Both the position numbers and the translations under genes were made by a program. Shown here in pieces: positions 10,617 to 19,806 of a stretch of 64,000 nt of DNA. The stretch spans positions 320,001 to 384,000 of the forward strand of contig CAXXWQ010000003.1 in the NCBI GenBank assembly GCA_963674945.2, given 5' to 3'. Numbering within the stretch: position 1 is the first letter of the stretch; every line of letters begins with the position of its first letter. Source of the stretch: an uncultured Desulfosarcina sp. GTDB lineage: Bacteria; Desulfobacterota; Desulfobacteria; Desulfobacterales; Desulfosarcinaceae. The notes beneath the pieces are model-generated. The model was not told where the DNA came from. It did no database searches and worked only from the letters and a program-made list of their open reading frames with translations.

Positions 10617-10783
10617 AAGATATGGAATACCGAAAAGCGCTGGAATATACGGCAGAAATGATTACCCTGCTATGCTGCAGCCACGACGGACAGGAAGGCG
10701 TCAAAGCCTTCTTCAGCAAAAGAAAGCCGGATTGGAAAATGTACTAATTGCATCAATGGAAGGCAAAAAAATATTATGAATTT

Positions 10784-10857
10784 TGATGAACTCGCAAGCA
10801 GTCTATACCGGCACCAAATATCGTAAAAATATTTTTGCTACCATTACGAGTTCATCA
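10784..10857. repeat. Short MITE/REP-like element with 14-bp terminal inverted repeats
   Basis: tgatgaactcgcaa ... ttacgagttcatca (13/14 match). Confidence 0.6.
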
Positions 10858-10890
10858 TTATTTATCCACGGGATTTGAAAGGCTTCGATT

Positions 10891-12249
10891 ATGAAAAAAG
10901 TTCGAATAGGCGCAGGGAGCGGTTTCTGGGGTGATAACCTGGACCCGGCTGTAGAAATCGCAAAACATGGAAATGTGCAGTATCTTGCATATGATTTTTT
11001 GGGAGAGCCCACCATTCCTATCCTCCAAAAAAGACAAATGGCCAATCCCAGTCAGGGATATGTACCTGCGATCGGAGCAGTCGTTCGGAGCGCATTGCCA
11101 ATTTGCCTGGAAAAAGGAATTAAGATCTTAACAAATGCCGGAGCGGCCAACCCGCACGCCTGCGCCGAAAATATCTTGAAAAAGGCGAAAGATATCGGAA
11201 TCAAAAAACTTACGGTAGGCGTTGTAAGCACCAATGATATCCGGAAAAAGGTGGATGAGCTGTTAGATCAAGATATGAAACTTACGAATCTGGACACGGG
11301 TGCAGACGATCTCGCTAAGATAAGAGATAAAATTGTCGCAGCCTATGTCTATTCCGGGGCATATGGATTCGTAGAAGCGCTTGAAAAAGGGGCGGATATT
11401 ATCATTTCAGACAGGACCACCGATGATGCCGCCGTTCTGGCTCCGCTCATCCATGAATTTGGATGGAATTGGGACGATTATGACAAACTGGCACTGGGTA
11501 TCATGGCAGGTCACCTGATTGAATGCGGCGGCTCCTGCTCCGGTGGAATTACCAGCCTCTGGCAGGAAGTACCGAACCCGTGGGATATAGGCTACCCCAT
11601 TGCCGAAGTAACCGAACAGGGGGAATTAACGATTTCCAAGGTCGCCGGAACAGGCGGCTTGATCAACCAGGTAACGCTTACAGAACATCTTCTCTATGAA
11701 GTGCACGATCCGGGAAATTATTTCATGCCTGAAGTAATCTGTGATTTTACCAGTGTCGAGATGGAGGAAATAGCAAAAGATACCGTAAGGGTTTCGGGTG
11801 TCAAAGGCAAAAAAAGACCGGACACGCTCAAAGCTGGAATTGCATACACAGATGGCTATATTGGTGAGGTGGAGTGCTCTTTTTCATGGCCGCATGCAGT
11901 AAAGAAGGCAAAAAGAGCGATCGAAATTATCAAAAAAAGATTTGAGATGGTTGAACTTGTTGCCAATGAGGTCCGTTTTGACATTATCGGTGTCGATTCT
12001 TGTTTCTGGTCGAATGCACCTGAGCCTGACGAAAACATAAATGAAGTCAGGATAAGAGTTGCAGCCAAGTGCGATGACATACGGGAAGCATCAAAAGTTG
12101 CGCGCCAATGCGTAATGCTGATGGGATCGGGTCCCATTGGTGCAACGGGACAGCTTAATACGCCACCACCCCGAGAAGTCTTCGCCTTGTGGCCGACACT
12201 AATTCCGCGACAGGAAGTAACGAACCATGTCGAAATATTGGAGGGTTAG
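10891..12249 (+). CDS. Acyclic terpene utilisation AtuA-family protein (N-terminal module)
   Basis: RIGAGSGFWGD, LTNAGAANP, AGHLIECG, GYPIAEV, EHLLYEVHDP. Confidence 0.88.
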   Translation: MKKVRIGAGSGFWGDNLDPAVEIAKHGNVQYLAYDFLGEPTIPILQKRQMANPSQGYVPAIGAVVRSALPICLEKGIKILTNAGAANPHACAENILKKAKDIGIKKLTVGVVSTNDIRKKVDELLDQDMKLTNLDTGADDLAKIRDKIVAAYVYSGAYGFVEALEKGADIIISDRTTDDAAVLAPLIHEFGWNWDDYDKLALGIMAGHLIECGGSCSGGITSLWQEVPNPWDIGYPIAEVTEQGELTISKVAGTGGLINQVTLTEHLLYEVHDPGNYFMPEVICDFTSVEMEEIAKDTVRVSGVKGKKRPDTLKAGIAYTDGYIGEVECSFSWPHAVKKAKRAIEIIKKRFEMVELVANEVRFDIIGVDSCFWSNAPEPDENINEVRIRVAAKCDDIREASKVARQCVMLMGSGPIGATGQLNTPPPREVFALWPTLIPRQEVTNHVEILEG

Positions 12250-12252
12250 AAG

Positions 12253-12594
12253 ATGACAGGAATTCAGTTGAAAGACATCGTTTATTCCCGATCCGGAGAC
12301 AAAGGGGATATTTGCAACATAGCAATCATAGCCAAAGAAAAAAGATATTACCCCCTGCTCCAGAAATATCTTACCCCTGAAAAAATCAAAGAATTCTTTG
12401 GTGAAATGGTAAAAGGTGATGTATTTCGCTATGAAGTGCCAACGCTGAATGCGATGAATTTTGTTCTGATGAATGCCCTTGGCGGCGGCGCAACCAGAAG
12501 TTTACGTATGGATTTCACCGGGAAGACGATGTGCCAGGTCCTTTTGGGGCTGGTGCTGAATGTTGAAGAAAACGACTTGGATCTGATTCATTGA
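12253..12594 (+). CDS. AtuA C-terminal-like small partner protein
   Basis: SRSGDKGDICN, ALGGGATRSLRMDFTGK; 3 bp downstream of the AtuA-N gene. Confidence 0.85.
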   Translation: MTGIQLKDIVYSRSGDKGDICNIAIIAKEKRYYPLLQKYLTPEKIKEFFGEMVKGDVFRYEVPTLNAMNFVLMNALGGGATRSLRMDFTGKTMCQVLLGLVLNVEENDLDLIH

Positions 12595-13006
12595 TGTACA
12601 TCTGAAAATAACGTATGAAAGGAATCAAAAGGCGGTCCTTATAGATAGGTTGTTTCTGGAAGATGGTTCATCGTCAATTTGCCTACACCTTACGCGCTGC
12701 GATAGAAGAGACACAGTGACCCATTGGGGTAAAGCGATCAAACGCAATATGGAACATGCCGATTGCACCGCACAAAGCGAATCCACGAATCTCAAAAAGC
12801 CTAAAAAACGGACAAACCTGTAAGAAGCAATTGACGCAGATAGAAAACCGGGCATCTGTTTGCCTGGAACGATAATTGGATTGGAATCGTTGCCTGTTTG
12901 CGATGTCAGGTTGAAAACTTTCTATCAATGCTGCCCACATGATCGATCATCAGGCTGTGAAGATACTTTTTAAGATGGTTTGCTTACACATTTATGGGAA
13001 AATGGT

Positions 13007-13777
13007 ATGGCTGATTGCATATTGAAATATCATAAAGAAGGAAATGTTATTTCCATCACGTTCCCATCCGAGCCAATTGGCAAGGAACTGTTTGAAACGG
13101 TTCACTTCGAATTTTCCGATCTTGGCGAAATGATATTGGCTGAAAAAGATATACGCGTTTGTGTTTTATCGGGTATCGGCACGCAGACTTTCAAGTGGGT
13201 GACGGAAAGTCGTCATGGTTTGATGTGTTGGGCGGAGTGTGTGGGAAATGCACCCTCATTGTCAAATACTGCCATGGCCATGGACGTACCACTGATCGTT
13301 GGCATGGATGGCGAAATCGAAGGGCCGGGACTCGAACTGGCGCTCTTCTGCGATGTCAGGATAGCGACGTCGACATCCCGCTTTCGGTTTCCCCACGCGA
13401 AAATGGGGTGGGCTCCTTTTGATGGCGCCACGCAGATGTTGCCGAGGGTAATCGGAAAAAGCAGGTCCCTCGAGCTGCTTTTGACCGGTTCTTCCATCGA
13501 TGCAGAAACAGCCTATCGAATTGGATTGACACACTATATCGTTAATCCCGGCGAATTGACTGCAACCCTTTTCGAAATGTCTTCCAAGATGGCAGCCAAC
13601 AGTCCGACCTCCTTGCGGTATGTGAAAGAAGCAGTGGTCAAAGGTTTGGACATGACTGTCGAACAGGGGCTTCGGTTAGAGGCTGATTTATACTTTTTAT
13701 CGCATTCTACGGAAGATCGGATTGAGGGAATCAGCGCCTTCAAAGAAAAGCGAAAGCCATTGTTTACAGGCAAATGA
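13007..13777 (+). CDS. Crotonase-family protein with degenerate active-site motifs
   Basis: GPGLELALFCD, GATQMLPR, EGISAFKEKRKP; lacks the FCAGAD motif; the second Glu position reads PHAK. Confidence 0.85.
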   Translation: MADCILKYHKEGNVISITFPSEPIGKELFETVHFEFSDLGEMILAEKDIRVCVLSGIGTQTFKWVTESRHGLMCWAECVGNAPSLSNTAMAMDVPLIVGMDGEIEGPGLELALFCDVRIATSTSRFRFPHAKMGWAPFDGATQMLPRVIGKSRSLELLLTGSSIDAETAYRIGLTHYIVNPGELTATLFEMSSKMAANSPTSLRYVKEAVVKGLDMTVEQGLRLEADLYFLSHSTEDRIEGISAFKEKRKPLFTGK

Positions 13778-13796
13778 AACTTAATTAACGATATCC

Positions 13797-14531
13797 ATGA
13801 GCTTTCAAACGATAATTTATGAAAAAATAGAACGTATTGGTCACATTACGCTACACAGGCCCGAAGCGTTGAATGCGTTCAGTGTTCAGATGCGGGATGA
13901 TCTTTATGAGGTGCTGGATGCAATCCGATGCGATGACGAGATTCATTCTGTCATCTTAAGCGGTTCTGGGGAGAAGGCCTTTTGTGCCGGAGCGGATTTG
14001 AGCGAGTTCATGACGGCGCCGCCTCCGATACAAGCGCGTCAGATTCGGTTTCAGCGGGATATCTGGACGTTGTTTTATCGGATTCCCCAGCCGATTATTG
14101 CCGCCCTTCATGGTTACGTACTCGGCTCCGGAATTGAAATGGCCTTTTTTTGTGATATTCATATCGCATCGGATGATGCCAAATTTGGTCTACCGGAAGT
14201 GGGACTCGGGATCATTCCCGCTGCCGGTGGCACCCAAATGCTTCCCCGAACAATTGGCAGATCGAATGCGATGGAACTCTTACTCAATGGCCGCTGGATA
14301 GACGCGAAAGAAGCCTATCGTATCAAACTCATTGATCAAATTACAGAGCGCAAAGCACTGATGGATCGTGCGAAGAACGTCGCGCGCCGAATTGCCTCAC
14401 TGGATCCACACGTTGTTCGCTCTATTAAGAAAGCGGTCGTTTCAGGTATGGATCTACCGCTATCAGCAGGCCTGGAACTTGAAGATCGACTCCGTCTGAC
14501 GGCAAAAAAAAAACGTGATCGCCGAAAGTAA
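13797..14531 (+). CDS. Enoyl-CoA hydratase
   Basis: AFCAGADL, GSGIEM, PEVGLGIIPAAGGTQ (both catalytic Glu present). Confidence 0.9.
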   Translation: MSFQTIIYEKIERIGHITLHRPEALNAFSVQMRDDLYEVLDAIRCDDEIHSVILSGSGEKAFCAGADLSEFMTAPPPIQARQIRFQRDIWTLFYRIPQPIIAALHGYVLGSGIEMAFFCDIHIASDDAKFGLPEVGLGIIPAAGGTQMLPRTIGRSNAMELLLNGRWIDAKEAYRIKLIDQITERKALMDRAKNVARRIASLDPHVVRSIKKAVVSGMDLPLSAGLELEDRLRLTAKKKRDRRK

Positions 14532-14650
14532 ATGACCATTAAAGCCGGTGTGATCGATACGACAGCGCGGCGGCAAATGACCTTCAAGAAGGTTTACAAT
14601 TTCGGAAGAATAATAACCAAACATCGAACGAATGGAATGATATTGTGAAA

Positions 14651-15385
14651 ATGATCTATCAAAATACAACTGAGGCCATCTCCGACATTCCCAGCGGCGC
14701 CATCGTGGCCATCGGTGGTTTCTTCTCTGCCGGCGTCCCTCGAACGCTAATGCGTGCACTAAAGGAATTGGACATAAAGGATTTGACAATTGCCTGCGGA
14801 TCCGGACCCCTTCTTGGCGCCGCAGAGGAAGGGAAAGCGCTTTTGGAAGGAGATCAAATCAAACGTATCATCGACTCCTACGCCCTGCCGCGTTCCATCA
14901 GCAAGGGAAAGAACAACTTACTGGAACAAAAGGTTCGCGCCGGACAAATCGAGTTGGAGGTCTATCCCATGGGAACGTTAGCCGAAAAGTATCGCGCGGC
15001 AGGGGCTGGCGTTGCAGCATTTTATATCAAGACCGGGGTCGGTACGGTAGTGGAAAAAGGTGTTGTCACAAATATAGACGACAATGTCGCTTCCAAAGAG
15101 GTCAAAATCATTAACGGCGAAACCTGCGTGCTGGAATATGCATTACGGCCGGATTTTTCCTTAGTCCATGCGTATCGGGCAGATACCGACGGAAATCTTC
15201 AATATCGAAAGACTGCGCGCAATTTCAATCATGTAATGGCCATGGCCGGTCGCGTTACCATCGCCGAGGTGGAAGAGATCGTCGAGCCGGGCGAATTGGC
15301 TCCGGATTGTGTTCACACGTCTGGAATATTCGTTCAGCGGTTGGTGAAAGTACCGAAACTCGACTTCACTATTGGGATTGATTAA
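14651..15385 (+). CDS. Family I CoA-transferase subunit A
   Basis: IGGF, PMGTLAEKYRAAGAG, TGVGT, RKTARNFN, HTSGIFV. Confidence 0.9.
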   Translation: MIYQNTTEAISDIPSGAIVAIGGFFSAGVPRTLMRALKELDIKDLTIACGSGPLLGAAEEGKALLEGDQIKRIIDSYALPRSISKGKNNLLEQKVRAGQIELEVYPMGTLAEKYRAAGAGVAAFYIKTGVGTVVEKGVVTNIDDNVASKEVKIINGETCVLEYALRPDFSLVHAYRADTDGNLQYRKTARNFNHVMAMAGRVTIAEVEEIVEPGELAPDCVHTSGIFVQRLVKVPKLDFTIGID

Positions 15386-15836
15386 CACAGGGATGAAAAA
15401 ATGAATCGATTTGAAGGACTACCTCGCGAAATGATCGCCATGCGAGCCAGCAGAGAAATTAGCGAAGGCGACTACGTAAACCTTGGCATCGGCATACCGA
15501 CACTGATCTCCGACTGGATTGAAGGGCGCGATGTCACCTTACAGGCTGAGATTGGAATGTGCAAAACCGGTCCGCTGGCATTCGATAAAGATATCGACCA
15601 AGACCTGATCAATGCCAGCTGTCAACCGGTGACCGAACTCCCCGGATGCTCCTATTTCGATATTTCGGAATCGTTTGCCATGATTCGTGGCGGCCACATC
15701 GATGTTACCGTTATGGGCGCTTTTCAAGTCAGTGAGAACGGTGATTTCGCCGGTTGGAACAACCCGTCGAGAGGATTGAGCAGAGTGGGAAATATCGGCG
15801 GGTCCATGGATTTGGTGGCAGGGGCAAAAAAATTAA

Positions 15837-16884
15837 CTGGGGTATGCACTTAAATCCAGCACATACTATATGTTGTGGCCCAGGTCATCGTCAATTGGAT
15901 CGAGATTTAAATTTGCTGCCCCTTCCAAAAACGGTAACGATGCACCTTTAAGAGTACTAGCTGGGGCAGGGTCCACCATCACGGCCTGTTGGACCAGCCT
16001 GTAAAATAGTTTTCCGCGAGACACTGATGTTCTACGGTTGAACCTGAATGTGAATTCATCCAAATAGTACATCAAATGAGACGGTCTGACCGCCCCTTGA
16101 TAAGTACCAAGTAACCATCGTTTCATGAGCGACGCTACCAAATGTACAATCTTCAAGTCATGCGATGGAATCGCAATATGCTTAAATCCTTTATCGCCAA
16201 GGCTGCTATAGCCGGGCCAATCATCCGTCCTGATGGTGCTGCCTGGCTGGGCGATTTCTTGTACAAATTGAGTCAGACTATCTCCCGATGCGTCTTCGAG
16301 GTGCCAGAGTCTAATTCGCCCAATTCCTTTTCGGCCTTTATCCTCCACGGCAATACCGACCAAAGCTTTACCTTCAGCACCCCGACCGCGTTTTCCAGAC
16401 TTTTTCCCACCGACATAGGTTTCATCAACTTCAACAATCCCGGACAATCGGTCACGTCCTGGACGAACCATTGCTCTTCGAAGTTTATGGAGCCATTGCC
16501 AGGCGGTATTATAACTCCCAAGGTTAAGTACTCTCTGAAGCCCAAGTGCATTAGCTCCGTACTTCTGACCTGTAATGTGCCACATAGCCCGAAACCAAAG
16601 AGACAAGGGCTTTCTGGTGCCGTGAAAAATTGTACCGGAAGTTATCGTAGATTGATTTCCACAATCAGTACAATGAAACTGGGATCGTTTAGTTCTCCAC
16701 GAGGATGCAGAACCGCAATGAGGGCAACGGAAGCCTTCGGGCCATCTAAGAGCCATCAAATAGTCAGTGCATCCAGCTTCAGAGCTAAATCGTTTTTCAA
16801 ATTCTATCAACGTTCTGGGGTAATCTTCCTCCATAGACTGGTACACTATATGTTGTGGCCACTGGAGTCAAGTGCATACCCCAG
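15837..16884 (-). mobile_element. IS1595-family insertion sequence, 1048 bp
   Basis: IRs ctggggtatgcacttaaatccag / ctggggtatgcacttgactccag; 8-bp target duplication AAAATTAA (15829-15836 / 16885-16892). Confidence 0.95.
15866..16834 (-). CDS. IS1595 family transposase
   Basis: Zn ribbon CPHC...CTDC; VEVDETY, TDDW, YLDEFTFRFNRR. Confidence 0.95.
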   Translation of the reverse strand: MEEDYPRTLIEFEKRFSSEAGCTDYLMALRWPEGFRCPHCGSASSWRTKRSQFHCTDCGNQSTITSGTIFHGTRKPLSLWFRAMWHITGQKYGANALGLQRVLNLGSYNTAWQWLHKLRRAMVRPGRDRLSGIVEVDETYVGGKKSGKRGRGAEGKALVGIAVEDKGRKGIGRIRLWHLEDASGDSLTQFVQEIAQPGSTIRTDDWPGYSSLGDKGFKHIAIPSHDLKIVHLVASLMKRWLLGTYQGAVRPSHLMYYLDEFTFRFNRRTSVSRGKLFYRLVQQAVMVDPAPASTLKGASLPFLEGAANLNLDPIDDDLGHNI

Positions 16885-17186
16885 AAAATTAATTATCGCC
16901 ATGGAGCATACCACAACCAAAGGCGCTGCAAAGATCGTTAAAGAACTATCCTTCTCTGCCACTGGTTTAGGCGTGGTCAATAAAATTTTTACCGATCTGG
17001 CGGTAATTGAGGTAACCCCTGAAGGATTGGTGCTTCAGGAAGTCTTTCCAGGATTGACTGCTGAAAACATCCAGTCAGTGACAGAGGCGAAATTAATCAT
17101 CTCTCCCTCCCTGAAGGATATTGAACTTTAAAGAAACGAAAACAAAATATTTCGTGAACTGATTTATGAAACGAAAGGAGTATAAC

Positions 17187-17309
17187 ATGGCAAACCAATC
17201 CGGAAAAAGATATGTCTGTGAAAAATGTGGGGCGGAATATATCGTCACACGTGCAGGAAAGGGTGATTTAAAATGCTGTGGAACCCTAATGGTTGAAAAA
17301 GGAAAATGA
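17187..17309 (+). CDS. Desulforedoxin-like microprotein 1 (40 aa)
   Basis: AAGGAG RBS; MANQSGKRYVCEKCGAEYIVTRAGKGDLKCCGTLMVEKGK; CxxC-x15-CC. Below the ORF track cutoff. Confidence 0.85.
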   Translation: MANQSGKRYVCEKCGAEYIVTRAGKGDLKCCGTLMVEKGK

Positions 17310-17343
17310 TACTGTTTAGAAAAGATATAAAGGAGACATGAAC

Positions 17344-17484
17344 ATGGCACAACTTGGCAAACGATATCATTGTGAAGTATGCGGGACGACAATCCTCTGC
17401 ACGAAAGCAGGGAAGGGAAATCCAGAATGTTGTGATCAAGAAATGAAGACCCAAGAACCTCGACCATTGCCCTCTTCAGACTGA
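17344..17484 (+). CDS. Desulforedoxin-like microprotein 2 (46 aa)
   Basis: AAGGAG RBS; MAQLGKRYHCEVCGTTILCTKAGKGNPECCDQEMKTQEPRPLPSSD; CxxC-x15-CC plus an extra Cys. Confidence 0.85.
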   Translation: MAQLGKRYHCEVCGTTILCTKAGKGNPECCDQEMKTQEPRPLPSSD

Positions 17485-17508
17485 TGACACAAAATTTGGA
17501 ATAAAATT

Positions 17509-18036
17509 ATGATAAAGCCCATAAAAACAATTTTATTTGCTACCAACCTCAATGAGAACTGTAAGCCAGCCTTTGAAATGGCAGCTTCTATCGCCACGCG
17601 CTACCAGGCAACGATTGTTTTTTTACACGTTCTTGAAAAATTACCTACCGTTATTGAAGGACGCCTTAAATCTCTCGTTGGAGAAAAAGCCTGGCACGAA
17701 ATGGCCCAATATCATGCCGACAGCGCCCGCGATGTCATTATTGCAAAGAGGTCTTCCAACAAACTGATAATGAATGCTTTAGAGCATTTTTGCAGCAACG
17801 CCGGGATCGATAATGACAGTTGTGGGTATAATACAGTTGAAATTTTGGTGGCCGATGGTGAAGTTGTCGAAGAGATTATCAACCATTCCAATGAGTATAA
17901 TGCTGATTTAATCGTTATGAGGGCAAGAGTAGGTTTCTTATCCGACAACCGTATTGGTCACATATTAAAATCAGTCATTAAAAAAGCCCATTGCTCTGTT
18001 ATGATAGTTCCGAATATGAAAAATGAAAATGACTGA
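17509..18036 (+). CDS. Universal stress protein
   Basis: KTILFATN, ADLIVM, CSVMIVP. Confidence 0.88.
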   Translation: MIKPIKTILFATNLNENCKPAFEMAASIATRYQATIVFLHVLEKLPTVIEGRLKSLVGEKAWHEMAQYHADSARDVIIAKRSSNKLIMNALEHFCSNAGIDNDSCGYNTVEILVADGEVVEEIINHSNEYNADLIVMRARVGFLSDNRIGHILKSVIKKAHCSVMIVPNMKNEND

Positions 18037-18136
18037 ATTTGCACCTGACTAGTTTTGGGAAAAGAAGTATACGCAAGAAAGTACGATTCAGTGCGGGACA
18101 AGCCATCATGGCATTACCTCCTCCTCCCTCCCGCCA

Positions 18137-18189
18137 GGACTGGGCGCAAGTTTATCTCAGCTTAAAGGCCCATTACTTGCGCCCAGTCC
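18137..18189. terminator. Perfect 15-bp stem hairpin (terminator or RNA structure)
   Basis: ggactgggcgcaagt-N23-acttgcgcccagtcc; no clear U tract. Confidence 0.5.
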
Positions 18190-18279
18190 ACCAACTATTC
18201 AGCCATTTATGATCTGCCATGATGAATCAGTTGTACGGAAAAGACTTTATTATGAGAATAAACGAACAGGAGAATACAG

Positions 18280-19320
18280 TTGGCAAATAATCGCTTATGT
18301 GAACTTCTGAAGATCAAATATCCCATCATTCAAGCCCCCATGAACTGGGTCAGTGGTGCCGAACTTGTCGCTGCAGTTTCCAATGCCGGCGGACTTGGCA
18401 CGCTTGGACCCAATTGTGGCGCCGAGGATATTACCTCGGATGTTGACGTAACCGGTGAAAGGATGCGTTCTCAAATAAATAAAGTCAGGCGTCTTTGCGA
18501 GGCTCCCTTTGCCGTGAATATTGTTGTCGGAGTGGGAGAGGATTTGAAATACTCGAAGAAAATTGTTGAAGTAGTCATAGAAGAATCGGTACCGGTAGCC
18601 ATCGTCTCCGTCGGCCGCCCGGATATATATACGGAACCACTCAAAGCTGCCGGTGTTACGGTTCTACATGCGATCTCCACGCCCAGACATGGCCAGAAAG
18701 CCGAAGCAGCCGGTGTGGATGGGGTCATCTGCGAAGGATTTGAGGCCGGCGGTCACAAAGGTTTCACTGAATTAACCACACTGACGTTGACACCAATGGT
18801 CGCTGATACCGTCACTGTGCCGGTGATTGCCGGCGGTGGTATTGGCGATGCCCGTGGTGTTCTGGCCGTCCTAGCGCTGGGAGCCGATGGCGCATATATG
18901 GGAACGCGGTTCATGGTTACGCACGAGTCGGAGAGCCACTTCCGTGTTAAGCAGGCCATTGTTGAAAGAAACGACGTCTGTACCGTGTCGGTGCCCAAAG
19001 AACATATGCTCGCACGGGATTTGATAAACAATTTTACAGATGAATATCTGAAGATGAAGCATGCCGGTGCAAACAGAGATGATTTAAAAACCTACCTGAC
19101 TGGTCATGCGCAGTATTACTCCCAACACCTTGGACGGGCAGATGACGCGGAAATATGCTGTGGTCAGGTAGCCGGAATTATCCATAGCGAGATGAGTGCC
19201 GGTGAGGTGATCAAAGAAATATCAGAGAACATTCGCGAAACATTTGCGGCGCTGCAACAACGGTTGCATGTTTTTTATCAATCCTTAGATGAAAAAGAAG
19301 CAGACCAAGAGATCAATTAA
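18280..19320 (+). CDS. Nitronate monooxygenase / FabK-like FMN oxidoreductase
   Basis: YPIIQAPM, AVSNAGGLG, EGFEAGGH, IAGGGIGD, MGTRF, GQVAG. Confidence 0.9.
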   Translation: MANNRLCELLKIKYPIIQAPMNWVSGAELVAAVSNAGGLGTLGPNCGAEDITSDVDVTGERMRSQINKVRRLCEAPFAVNIVVGVGEDLKYSKKIVEVVIEESVPVAIVSVGRPDIYTEPLKAAGVTVLHAISTPRHGQKAEAAGVDGVICEGFEAGGHKGFTELTTLTLTPMVADTVTVPVIAGGGIGDARGVLAVLALGADGAYMGTRFMVTHESESHFRVKQAIVERNDVCTVSVPKEHMLARDLINNFTDEYLKMKHAGANRDDLKTYLTGHAQYYSQHLGRADDAEICCGQVAGIIHSEMSAGEVIKEISENIRETFAALQQRLHVFYQSLDEKEADQEIN

Positions 19321-19648
19321 CGGGCCTCTCATTTTGGGCTTGAAAATCCATACCAAAAGAAATACGCACTTGAAATCAGAAGCCACCTGACCTATTAAAA
19401 GAATAGTAATAAATTGCATAGCAAGTAACGAATTCCACCCCTGTCCACACAACATTTCTTCCTATGGAGAAATACGGATATCGCCGCTGCGATTTCATAT
19501 CCCTCATCATCATACTATTCAATTATTTTCATAAAAAAAATTACACAGTAAGAAATTTTTTCCACTACTCTACAACATTTTTATGGCTACCTTTTTTCTA
19601 ACATTATGTTTTATCAGTAAAAATTCCCACAGCAACATTCCATGTGCA

Positions 19649-19664
19649 TGGCAGATTTTTTGCA
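19649..19664 (+). promoter_or_regulatory. Candidate sigma54 (-24/-12) promoter
   Basis: TGGCAG-ATTTT-TTGCA (GG-N10-GC) about 140 bp upstream of the lipoprotein gene. Confidence 0.55.
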
Positions 19665-19806
19665 TATACTCAAATTAGCGGAACCTCTCACCGATTTTTA
19701 ACGTTTGGTTATTCTATAAAAATAGTTTTGGGTTTCACCGGTTCTCAAACCATACCAAGAGCCTTGGCTATTTGGCAATGTGTCTGCTCAGTTGAAAGGA
19801 ATGATT

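Larger units (their letters stand above)
7507..10747 (+). pseudogene. Enoyl-CoA hydratase/isomerase (crotonase) interrupted by an IS
   Basis: 5' part 7507-8160 (FCSGGDL, GGGVG, AEINIG). After removing the IS and one AAGAT copy the frame continues ...YNIED-MEYRKALEYTAEMITLLCCSHDGQEGVKAFFSKRKPDWKMY* to 10747. Confidence 0.9.
15401..17131 (+). pseudogene. Family I CoA-transferase subunit B interrupted by IS1595
   Basis: VNLGIGIPT...QAEIG...GGSMDLVAGAKKL (to 15836) continues IIAMEHTT...TDLAVIEV...KDIEL* (16893-17131) after removal of the IS. Confidence 0.92.

Noticed and set aside
12600..12980. Short ORFs in the gap after the AtuA partner gene
   Set aside because: No RBS or motif support in any frame I examined
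16142..17131. 329-aa + strand ORF
   Set aside because: Chimera: antisense of the IS1595 transposase fused to the orphaned 3' end of CoA-transferase B
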